Of a stretch of DNA of 33,154 bases, positions 9,052 through 16,617 are shown in pieces. Every line of letters starts with the position of its first letter. The first letter of the stretch is position 1. The DNA lies in the NCBI GenBank assembly GCA_900321795.1, contig ONXO01000082.1, forward strand, positions 1-33,154. Direction: 5' to 3'. A program made the translations under genes and the position numbers. The stretch comes from an uncultured Eubacteriales bacterium. Its GTDB lineage: Bacteria; Bacillota_I; Bacilli_A; RF39; UBA660. The notes below the pieces were generated by a model that was not told the origin of the DNA, searched no databases, and saw only the letters and a program-made list of their open reading frames with translations.

Positions 9052-11400
9052 CTATTCAGTTCTAAGGGCTATAACTGGATCTTTCTTAGAAGCAACCTTT
9101 GCTGGTATAGCCCCACCTATAAGCGTAAGAGTAGTGCTCACAATTATTAACTTCAATGCATCAAATGGATCTAGTACTGCTACACCTTTTATATCAACTA
9201 AACTATATAAAATAGCATTTATTGGTATTAACATAAGTCTAGCAATAAGTATTCCAAGAAGTCCACTTCCTACTCCAATAATAAATGTCTCAGCATTAAA
9301 CACGCGAGAAACATCTTTTTTTCTTGCTCCAAGGGCTCTTAAAACCCCTATTTCTTTCGTTCTTTCAAGAACACTAGTATAAGTAATAATGCCAATCATT
9401 ATAGAGCTTACCACTAAACTAACTGCTGAAAAAGCTATAAGAACAATAGTAACTGCATCCATTATATTAGCAGATAAACTAGAAATTGTACTAGCTAAAT
9501 CATTATAAACTATTTTATCTTCATCAGTTTTACCTTCATTATATTTATCTAAGTATTCTAATATTGTATCTTTACTAGCAAAATCTTTAGGATAAATGTT
9601 TATTACATAAGGATAGTCTTCACTACCAAAAAATCTCAGTAAATTTTCTTTAGTTTCTTCAGTTAAAGCTCCACCTGTCATAACATTATAATCACTATTT
9701 TTCTGAGCCTTGACAATATCGCTTTGACTATTAATATCAATAACTTTTTTTACTAATTTATCACTATATAGAATATTACCAAGAGTAGTGTTAATCATGC
9801 TTCCCATTCCAGAAGTATTGCTTTCTCCACCTGAAACATTAGTTGCTATTTCTCCTAAATAATTATCTTCTTTACCCCTAGCAATTCCTACTATATTTAA
9901 CACTATGTTATTATCATTTTCATAAACAGCAGTAAAATCACTTTTTGGCAAATATCTATCCATAAAGTTAACATAATAATCATTATTTAAAACAAGTTTA
10001 ATTTCTTTACCTATTAACTCTTCAAACTTAACCTCTTCTCTTGAAGCATCTACTCCCAATAATTCTAAAATTGAAGAACTCACCCTGTTTTTAGAATCCA
10101 CTACTAGCATTAATTCATTATATTCTTTAGCTTCTCGCCCTTCTAAAATATCAAATGCTTCATTTATAAATGATGTATCATCAAGTTCTTTAGGTACTAT
10201 ACTCATAGCTAATTCACTAGCACTTACATTTTTAACTTCACCATTTACTTTAACAAGTAAATTTAAATTAGTAGCTCTTGCATAACTGATGCCATTTATA
10301 AGTTCAGGATTAATCTTTTCCACATAATTAATAAAATTTTTATCTATATTATTAGTATGTAAAAGTGTTTTTAAATCAAGTGAATAAGGATATATCACTT
10401 TTTCTTTTGGATATTCACTTTGTAAACCAGTTAATGTTTCATTTAAAGTTTTCATCTGTTCTTCGCTCATATTAAATGTAGAAGCAGATATCATAACAGG
10501 AAAATTAGATAGTGTATTCCTTTCATATTTATTAATTTGAATATCCATACCATTACTTAAAGAAAGTATTAAACATATACCTATAATGCCTATAGAAGAT
10601 GCAAAAGCTGTTAAGAAAGTTCTACCTTTCTTAGTTCTTATATTATTAAAACTTAATTTAAGCGCAGTAAAAAAACTCATTTTAGTTTTCTTTATTTTAA
10701 TATTTGAATCACTTTCTTCATCTTTAACTGGACAAGAATCACTTATTACTTCTCCGTCTTTAAGCTCGATTATCCTGTTTGAATAATCATTAGCAAGTTC
10801 TGGATTATGAGTAACCATTATTACTAACTTCTCTTTACTTATTTCCTTTATTAACTCCATTATTTGTCTAGATGTTTTTGTATCCAAAGCACCTGTTGGT
10901 TCATCAGCTAGTATAACCTGTGGATCATTTACTAAAGCTCTGGCTATAGCTACTCTTTGCATTTGACCTCCACTTAACTGATTAGGTCTTTTATGAGCAT
11001 GATCTTTTAAACCAACTTTCTCTAAAGCTTCTAAAGCTTTTTTCTTTCTTATCCTTTCACTAACACCGCTTAAAGTAAGAGATAGCTCGATGTTTTGTAG
11101 TACAGATAAATGAGTTATTAAATTATAACTTTGAAATATAAAACCAATACAGTTATTTCTATAAGCATCCCATTCTGTATCAGTGAACTTTTTAGTGCTT
11201 TTATTATTGATTATTAAATCACCTTTATCGTATCTATCAAGCCCGCCAATAATATTTAAAAGAGTAGTTTTACCAGAACCACTCGAACCTAAAATACTAA
11301 CAAATGAATTATTTTCAAATTTTAAGTCTATCCCTTTAAGTGCATCTTGTACAAAATCGCCAGTTTTATAACTTTTCTTAATCCCCTTAAGTTCTAACAT
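9052..11400 (-). CDS. MacB-like ABC transporter, fused ATP-binding and FtsX-type permease domains
   Basis: 782 aa. Walker A is GSSGSGKTT, the signature is LSGGQMQRVAIARAL and Walker B is ILADEPTGALD. A TM helix, a large extracytoplasmic domain and a C-terminal FtsX-like 3-TM bundle follow. Confidence 0.88.
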   Translation of the reverse strand: MLELKGIKKSYKTGDFVQDALKGIDLKFENNSFVSILGSSGSGKTTLLNIIGGLDRYDKGDLIINNKSTKKFTDTEWDAYRNNCIGFIFQSYNLITHLSVLQNIELSLTLSGVSERIRKKKALEALEKVGLKDHAHKRPNQLSGGQMQRVAIARALVNDPQVILADEPTGALDTKTSRQIMELIKEISKEKLVIMVTHNPELANDYSNRIIELKDGEVISDSCPVKDEESDSNIKIKKTKMSFFTALKLSFNNIRTKKGRTFLTAFASSIGIIGICLILSLSNGMDIQINKYERNTLSNFPVMISASTFNMSEEQMKTLNETLTGLQSEYPKEKVIYPYSLDLKTLLHTNNIDKNFINYVEKINPELINGISYARATNLNLLVKVNGEVKNVSASELAMSIVPKELDDTSFINEAFDILEGREAKEYNELMLVVDSKNRVSSSILELLGVDASREEVKFEELIGKEIKLVLNNDYYVNFMDRYLPKSDFTAVYENDNNIVLNIVGIARGKEDNYLGEIATNVSGGESNTSGMGSMINTTLGNILYSDKLVKKVIDINSQSDIVKAQKNSDYNVMTGGALTEETKENLLRFFGSEDYPYVINIYPKDFASKDTILEYLDKYNEGKTDEDKIVYNDLASTISSLSANIMDAVTIVLIAFSAVSLVVSSIMIGIITYTSVLERTKEIGVLRALGARKKDVSRVFNAETFIIGVGSGLLGILIARLMLIPINAILYSLVDIKGVAVLDPFDALKLIIVSTTLTLIGGAIPAKVASKKDPVIALRTE

Positions 11401-11813
11401 TAAATTTCCTCCTCTAGCATATTATTAAACTGCTCTAAATTGTAGTAAAAGTTTTCTAAATCATCTTTACTACCCACCATATTAATAAGTCTATTCTTAT
11501 ATCTTACTAATATGTTATTTAATTTTAAACTCATAGCTTTACCTTCATCAGTAACATAATATAAGTTTTCATTAAAATAAACCAAATCTCTATTTTTAAG
11601 AGATGCTATTACCTTAGTAGTCATTCCCTTATCACAATCAGCTTCTTTAGTTAAATCTTTGAAACTAATTCCATTTTTATTAGAATTAATTATCATTAAA
11701 TATGTTGCTTCCATAATAGATAAATCATACTTTTTTACTTCTTCATTTAAAAGTTTGTAAATTTTCTTTTTAATAGATCCGAATAAAATTATAAACTTAT
11801 TATCACTTTTCAT
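11400..11813 (-). CDS. MarR-family transcriptional regulator
   Basis: Size and a winged-helix pattern (GISFKDLTKEADCDKGMTTKVIASLKNRDLV) fit MarR. The ATG at 11813 has AAGGAG upstream. Its stop overlaps the ABC start (TAATG). Confidence 0.75.
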   Translation of the reverse strand: MKSDNKFIILFGSIKKKIYKLLNEEVKKYDLSIMEATYLMIINSNKNGISFKDLTKEADCDKGMTTKVIASLKNRDLVYFNENLYYVTDEGKAMSLKLNNILVRYKNRLINMVGSKDDLENFYYNLEQFNNMLEEEI

Positions 11814-11848
11814 ATCTAATTCTCCTTGTTGACTACTCAACACTTATT

Positions 11849-11878
11849 ATAATACTACCATAAATTGACAATGTCAAT
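11849..11878 (-). promoter_or_regulatory. marR-ABC operon promoter with overlapping perfect palindrome (candidate MarR operator)
   Basis: Minus strand reads TTGACA (11872-11877), 17 nt, TATTAT (11849-11854). The palindrome ATTGACA-A-TGTCAAT at 11864-11878 covers the -35. Confidence 0.55.
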
Positions 11879-11880
11879 AA

Positions 11881-11921
11881 TAAAAAAATGACACTTAATT
11901 CACACAACATGAATTAAGCGT
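11881..11921 (-). terminator. Rho-independent terminator downstream of tRNA-Cys
   Basis: 12-bp stem ACGCTTAATTCA / TGAATTAAGTGT (one G-U pair) with a 7-nt loop, followed by CATTTTTTTA on the minus strand. Confidence 0.7.
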
Positions 11922-11992
11922 CTATCTTAATATACTAGGGCAAACATTCAACATAACAAAACTGAATGTTCCCCTTTTGTTTTATACAAATT

Positions 11993-12066
11993 TGGAGGAC
12001 CTAGTCGGATTTGAACCAACGATCAGGGAGTTGCAGTCCCACGCCTTACCACTTGGCTATAGGTCC
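11993..12066 (-). tRNA. tRNA-Cys (GCA), CCA encoded
   Basis: The reverse complement is GGACCTATAGCCAAGTGGTAAGGCGTGGGACTGCAACTCCCTGATCGTTGGTTCAAATCCGACTAGGTCCTCCA. It folds as a cloverleaf: acceptor GGACCTA/TAGGTCC, anticodon loop CTGCAAC, T-arm GTTGG-TTCAAAT-CCGAC. Confidence 0.9.
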
Positions 12067-12079
12067 ATTTGCAAGTAAT

Positions 12080-12107
12080 ATTATATCAAATATTACCAAT
12101 AATGCAA
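12080..12107 (-). promoter_or_regulatory. sigma-A promoter of tRNA-Cys
   Basis: Minus strand reads TTGCAT (12102-12107), 16 nt, TGATATAAT (-10 hexamer 12080-12085). This places the start about 7 nt before the tRNA 5' end. Confidence 0.6.
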
Positions 12108-12119
12108 ATATAAAATCAA

Positions 12120-13712
12120 TTATTTTGACAATTTTATTAAAAATTTTTGATTTCTAATAGTTATAACTAATCTTAAATCAGTAGCATTTTTAACATTATT
12201 ATCTACTTCAATATAAACATTTTTAGTATCTATATTTTCTAAAGAAATAGTATTAAAACTAGATTTTCTTTCTTTACCATTATAAATATATTCAACACTA
12301 CCAAAAAAATTAACAAAATTACTATTAGAACTTATAAACTTACTTACATATAAATCCTTATCTACTGAAGAACTTATATTCAACTTTAAAATAGTTTTTT
12401 CGCCCTTACCAACTAAAGTAGGTTGTATAACTTTTTTACCCAGATAACAAGTGCTAGTGCAATAAGTGTACTCTTCAGTAAAACTATTTCCTATCTCAAA
12501 ATCTTCTACAATAATGTCACCAGACTTTAATGTAGTATTATCAAACCCAATAGGCTCTTTTAGATTATACATAGCCGATTCATCTTTATTAAAATATTCC
12601 TTTAGGTTTAATTTAACATCCTTATAAGTAGAAGAATTATTAGTAATGCTATTAACCATTCTAAATCTTGTATTAGCATATTCAACTTCTTTAGGAACTT
12701 CATAAATTAATAAATATTCATATATTTCGCCATTATATAAATTATTTTTATAATAAGCTTCACCTAGATCTCTAAAATACTCACTAGCACTATAGATTGG
12801 CTTATAATCTTCATCATTAATTCTTAATCTTAAAATATCAGTATCTAAAGTAGATTTTGCTTTGTTAGTGTTTTCCATAGATAATTTTACTATTATATAG
12901 TTTTTATCCTTTAAAATAACATTCCCTTTATAATCAATATCACTTATATAAGATTCTACAACTTTGAATTTAATTCCATTAACATTATAATACTCGCTCT
13001 CATTATATGTTTTAACATTTCTATCTCTACTAAAGTAAACAATTCCACCTATTAAAACTATTATAACTCCAATAGATAGCCAGAAGAAATACTTGTACTC
13101 TTTAGTATAATTTATAAATTCTCTGTAACTTTTCCTAAACCATCTTTTAACTTTATATGTATTTGATCCTAAAGTAACTTCAATTTCTTCTTGATCTTCC
13201 TCTGCAATATCAAGCTCAACTAAATCTTTCTTGAAATCAAATTGTTTAATATTAAAGCCAGAAGCTCTTACTAAACAAAGCAGTGCAATTATAAATTGAG
13301 GCAAATATATAAGTAAAGCAATATCTCTATAAGCACGAATTGTTCGCGTATCCAAAGGGTTTGCTACCAAATTATTAAAAACATTATAAAAAAGCAAAAA
13401 GCTAACAAGCAAAATAATATAGAAAATAAATATAAATATATAAAACTTCCTATTTTTCTTTTTCCATCTCATTAATAAATAAACAAAAGCTGTAAGCATT
13501 AATATAAAAACAACAAATAAAAACATATTACTACTTACATAAGAACTAGCTATGTTTTCAATATAAGTATAGTAGCCTTCGTTTGCATAAGCGTTAAAGA
13601 ATAAGTAAATGCTCCTAGTTTTAATTATTAAAAATATTATTAAGAAAGAAAGTAATAAATGTATTAATTTGAAATGTTTAATTAAAAAAGCATATGGTTT
13701 TTTAATTATCAT
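12120..13712 (-). CDS. multi-pass membrane protein with large extracytoplasmic beta-rich C-terminal region (DUF4352-like?), function unknown
   Basis: 530 aa. It has four N-terminal TM helices, an acidic cytoplasmic linker (DIAEEDQEEIE), a fifth TM helix and then about 290 aa that look beta-sandwich-like. It has its own promoter cassette. Confidence 0.65.
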   Translation of the reverse strand: MIIKKPYAFLIKHFKLIHLLLSFLIIFLIIKTRSIYLFFNAYANEGYYTYIENIASSYVSSNMFLFVVFILMLTAFVYLLMRWKKKNRKFYIFIFIFYIILLVSFLLFYNVFNNLVANPLDTRTIRAYRDIALLIYLPQFIIALLCLVRASGFNIKQFDFKKDLVELDIAEEDQEEIEVTLGSNTYKVKRWFRKSYREFINYTKEYKYFFWLSIGVIIVLIGGIVYFSRDRNVKTYNESEYYNVNGIKFKVVESYISDIDYKGNVILKDKNYIIVKLSMENTNKAKSTLDTDILRLRINDEDYKPIYSASEYFRDLGEAYYKNNLYNGEIYEYLLIYEVPKEVEYANTRFRMVNSITNNSSTYKDVKLNLKEYFNKDESAMYNLKEPIGFDNTTLKSGDIIVEDFEIGNSFTEEYTYCTSTCYLGKKVIQPTLVGKGEKTILKLNISSSVDKDLYVSKFISSNSNFVNFFGSVEYIYNGKERKSSFNTISLENIDTKNVYIEVDNNVKNATDLRLVITIRNQKFLIKLSK

Positions 13713-13714
13713 GT

Positions 13715-13768
13715 ATTACCCTCTCCTATTCTATAAATATTATATAAAAAAAAGAAGTAAATTACAAG
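13715..13768 (-). promoter_or_regulatory. promoter/5'UTR cassette copy A (TTGTAA-17-TATAAT plus SD)
   Basis: -35 is TTGTAA at 13762-13767, the spacer carries T8, and -10 is TATAAT at 13739-13744. SD AGGAGAGGG follows. 48 of 54 nt are identical to 23734-23787. Confidence 0.65.
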
Positions 13769-13771
13769 AAC

Positions 13772-14107
13772 TTACTCTTCTCTTAAGAAAATCATTTGAC
13801 CTGGCAATAGATAAATAGTCTTATTTTGATCAGTTAACTTATTTTCAGTCGTGCCAAATATACCAGCTACTAGTTTAAGAGTATCATCATCTTTAGTAAT
13901 ATAGTATTGTATTCCTTTCTTTGGAATAATCAATGTTTGATTAGGATAAATGTACTCTTCAGCTTTTAAACCATTTAATTCAGATACAAGTTTAGGATTA
14001 ACATTAAATCTTTTACTAATGCTAAATAATGTATCGCCTTTTTCTACAGTATAATATGTATAATATTCAGTATCCATTACTTTTCTAAATCCATCCATTT
14101 CATTCAC
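13772..14107 (-). CDS. LysM-domain protein (two LysM repeats)
   Basis: YTVEKGDTLFSISKRFNVNPKLVSELNGL...LIIP and YYITKDDDTLKLVAGIFGTTENKLTDQN are LysM patterns. Confidence 0.8.
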   Translation of the reverse strand: MNEMDGFRKVMDTEYYTYYTVEKGDTLFSISKRFNVNPKLVSELNGLKAEEYIYPNQTLIIPKKGIQYYITKDDDTLKLVAGIFGTTENKLTDQNKTIYLLPGQMIFLREE

Positions 14108-14139
14108 CTAGAATATTATATGAAAAAAAGAAAGATTTG

Positions 14140-15195
14140 CTATTTATTAAAAACAAATATCTTCCCTTCACTATTAAAATTAAGTTCAAAGTAATGACAC
14201 ACTAAATTAGTTATACCCTTTTCATATTTATAAACATTATCTTTGTAAACAAAAAACACTTTATCTTCAATAACATCAATAACATTAATATCAAAATTAC
14301 TAAACTTTAAATTAAAATCATTATAAATCATTACATTATTATTTACTTTAACAGATTCCTTATTTGTATTAAAGTAAGTTATTTTATCTTTAGTATATTC
14401 TTCTAATTTAGCATTTTTTTCTTTACCATTTTCATATTTAATAAACCCACGAATACTACTTCCTATTAATTCCACTTTGTTCTTTTTATAATTTATTTCA
14501 TATAAGTTCTCATTCTTATTATCAAATAAATAAAGCGAGTTTTTTTTATTACCTGCATAATAACTATCATAGTTTATACTATATTTAGTCTCTACTTCCT
14601 TATACTTTCCACTAGTCATGTCTAAAATAATAAAAGTGTTAAATAAGTAATTATTTTCATATTTAGGAAACACTATGTAATTATCTATTTTATACATTAA
14701 ATCATTAGAATATCTTTCACTATTAAATAAGTTAATACTTTTCATTTCTTTATCATTTAAAAAATAAAAACCATCATATTTCCATATAAGCATATATTCA
14801 TCTTCAGATAAACTATTAAACTCAAAGTCTTTATCACTTTCTTCATAAATCAAACTGTTTTCTATTACTTCTTTAGTTAATGCTTCTTCACCACTACTAC
14901 ATATAGTATAACCTTCTAAACCTTTAATACTAGGTGTTAAACATAAATAATCATTAACTTCTTCACTATCTATTATAGTAACTCTCTTCCTATCAAAAAA
15001 TCTCTTATGAAAATATAGATAGTCATAAGTTTTATCTCCTAAAGTTATAATAAAATGCACTTCTTTTCCATTAAAACTTTCAGTTACTTCATATTCTTCT
15101 ACTTTATATTTAATAGTATAATCACCGGTCTTATAATGAACAAATAAAACGATAACCAGACAAACTAATATAATCAATAATACTTTCTTTTTCAT
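14140..15195 (-). CDS. membrane-anchored extracytoplasmic protein, function unknown
   Basis: 351 aa with an N-terminal signal-anchor (KKKVLLIILVCLVIVLFV). The rest is Tyr/Asn/Lys-rich and predicted beta-rich. I recognise no motif. Confidence 0.6.
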   Translation of the reverse strand: MKKKVLLIILVCLVIVLFVHYKTGDYTIKYKVEEYEVTESFNGKEVHFIITLGDKTYDYLYFHKRFFDRKRVTIIDSEEVNDYLCLTPSIKGLEGYTICSSGEEALTKEVIENSLIYEESDKDFEFNSLSEDEYMLIWKYDGFYFLNDKEMKSINLFNSERYSNDLMYKIDNYIVFPKYENNYLFNTFIILDMTSGKYKEVETKYSINYDSYYAGNKKNSLYLFDNKNENLYEINYKKNKVELIGSSIRGFIKYENGKEKNAKLEEYTKDKITYFNTNKESVKVNNNVMIYNDFNLKFSNFDINVIDVIEDKVFFVYKDNVYKYEKGITNLVCHYFELNFNSEGKIFVFNK

Positions 15196-15227
15196 ATATA
15201 CCCCTAAAAGAAAAAGCTAATCAAAGA

Positions 15228-15680
15228 TTAACTTTCCTTTATTACACCTGCATTAGTTAAGAACTCAAGTAAAGATTCTTTACTCAATGCACTTTGAACA
15301 TCAGTTATAACTTTACCATTTTTAGTAATAACTGTATAAGGTGTACTTTCAGTATAACTAGGTAATTTGTAAGTTTTAACTAAACCATTATAATCTTTCA
15401 TTTCCATTTCATTAATCTCAAACCAGTATAAATTAAATCCATATTCTTCTTTTAGTTCTTCCATAACAGGCTTATAATCTATACAATGAGGGCAAAAAGT
15501 TTGACCTAAAACGGTAACAACATATTCATCTTTTTTAGTTGCTTCTATCCAAGCATTAACTTCATCAGAATAACCTCCTGAAAAATCAACATTCTTTAGT
15601 AAAACAGATAAAAGTACAAATAACCCAATCAGTACAATTACAATAATAGGCATCTTATACTTACTCAAAAACTTCTTCAT
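15228..15680 (-). CDS. membrane-anchored thioredoxin-fold protein with CPHC active site
   Basis: TM anchor followed by VVTVLGQTFCPHCIDYKP. CPHC is the DsbA-type dithiol motif. The ATG at 15680 has GAGGAG 7 nt upstream. Confidence 0.7.
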   Translation of the reverse strand: MKKFLSKYKMPIIVIVLIGLFVLLSVLLKNVDFSGGYSDEVNAWIEATKKDEYVVTVLGQTFCPHCIDYKPVMEELKEEYGFNLYWFEINEMEMKDYNGLVKTYKLPSYTESTPYTVITKNGKVITDVQSALSKESLLEFLTNAGVIKES

Positions 15681-15712
15681 TATCTCACTCCTCAAATTAA
15701 TTTTATAATAAA

Positions 15713-16102
15713 CTAATTAAAAATACAAGTTTTATATTCCAAATAACTCATTCCAGCTATAAATAAATACATAATAGGTTTTAATACTTTCATAATTATA
15801 AATGTATTTTGGATAAAATCTTTAGAATAATCAGTAAAGGTAAATAAACTAGTTAATAACAAATATAGTATAAATGAACTAAATAACCCAAGTAATATAA
15901 CTATTATATTTTTAACAATTCTTTCTCTATTAATACTTTTATAAATATCTTTCAAAAAATAACATAAAACAAAATTGATTATTAAATAGAAAAGTCCATA
16001 ATAATTAGCTTCATTAAGTAAAAAGATAATTGTTTCTACAAAAGTTAAAAATAAGAATAGTAAATATAAATATTGGTAAAATTTTCTAAATAAACTTTTC
16101 AT
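15713..16102 (-). CDS. small 4-TM membrane protein, function unknown
   Basis: I prefer the ATG at 16102 (MKSLFRKF), which has GGTGA upstream. It is the first gene of the minus-strand envelope cluster. Confidence 0.5.
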   Translation of the reverse strand: MKSLFRKFYQYLYLLFLFLTFVETIIFLLNEANYYGLFYLIINFVLCYFLKDIYKSINRERIVKNIIVILLGLFSSFILYLLLTSLFTFTDYSKDFIQNTFIIMKVLKPIMYLFIAGMSYLEYKTCIFN

Positions 16103-16170
16103 TTTAATCACCAATTTTATTATAGTATAAATTAAACTGATTTGTAAATAATATAAACAGGTGATTTGAT

Positions 16171-16608
16171 ATGAGTGAAACAGAAGAATTATTAACATTT
16201 ATATACCATAATACTGAAATGGGTAAAAAAAGTTCTAAGAAATTATTATCATTAATTAAAGAAAAAGATAACAAAATTAAGTTTTTACTTGAAGAAGAAA
16301 TGCAAAAGTATGATGAATTATATAAAAAATGCAAAAAGCTAATGAAAAAAGAAAAAATAGAAACTCCTTCTAGTAAGATATTAGCGAACTTAACTGGTAA
16401 TGTTGCTATGTCTATGGAAGTGGGAAAAGATAATAGTGATTCTAAAATAGCTTCCATACTTATCAGAGGTTTTAATATGGGGAATATAGATATTGAAGCT
16501 AAGATAAAAGATTTTAAAAAAGAAGCTAAAGATAACGCTATAGAATTAGCAAATGATTTACTTAAGTTTGGAGAAAAACAAATAAAACTCTTAAAGGAAT
16601 ACCTTTAG
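16171..16608 (+). CDS. hypothetical helical protein
   Basis: 145 aa with AGGTGA 7 nt upstream of the ATG. It is Lys/Glu-rich and predicted to be a helical bundle. No motif recognised. Confidence 0.55.
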   Translation: MSETEELLTFIYHNTEMGKKSSKKLLSLIKEKDNKIKFLLEEEMQKYDELYKKCKKLMKKEKIETPSSKILANLTGNVAMSMEVGKDNSDSKIASILIRGFNMGNIDIEAKIKDFKKEAKDNAIELANDLLKFGEKQIKLLKEYL

Positions 16609-16617
16609 GAGTTTTAT

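Noticed and set aside
8372-12066. Genomic island integrated at the 3' end of tRNA-Cys (the marR-ABC module lies directly next to it).
   Set aside because: I could find no integrase and no second copy of the tRNA 3' segment (…ggatttgaacc…) nearby that would mark an att site. Base composition looks the same as the surroundings.
15713-16102. The 4-TM protein next to the CPHC thioredoxin as a DsbB/BdbC or VKOR-type redox partner.
   Set aside because: It has only two Cys residues and no CxxC in the predicted loops, so it lacks the defining cysteine pairs.
16104-16457. 117-aa minus-strand ORF overlapping the 16171-16608 plus-strand gene.
   Set aside because: It is antisense to an ORF that has a strong AGGTGA SD. 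The sequence is Ser/Phe/Leu/Ile-rich with no motif, and the real minus-strand gene more plausibly starts at 16102.
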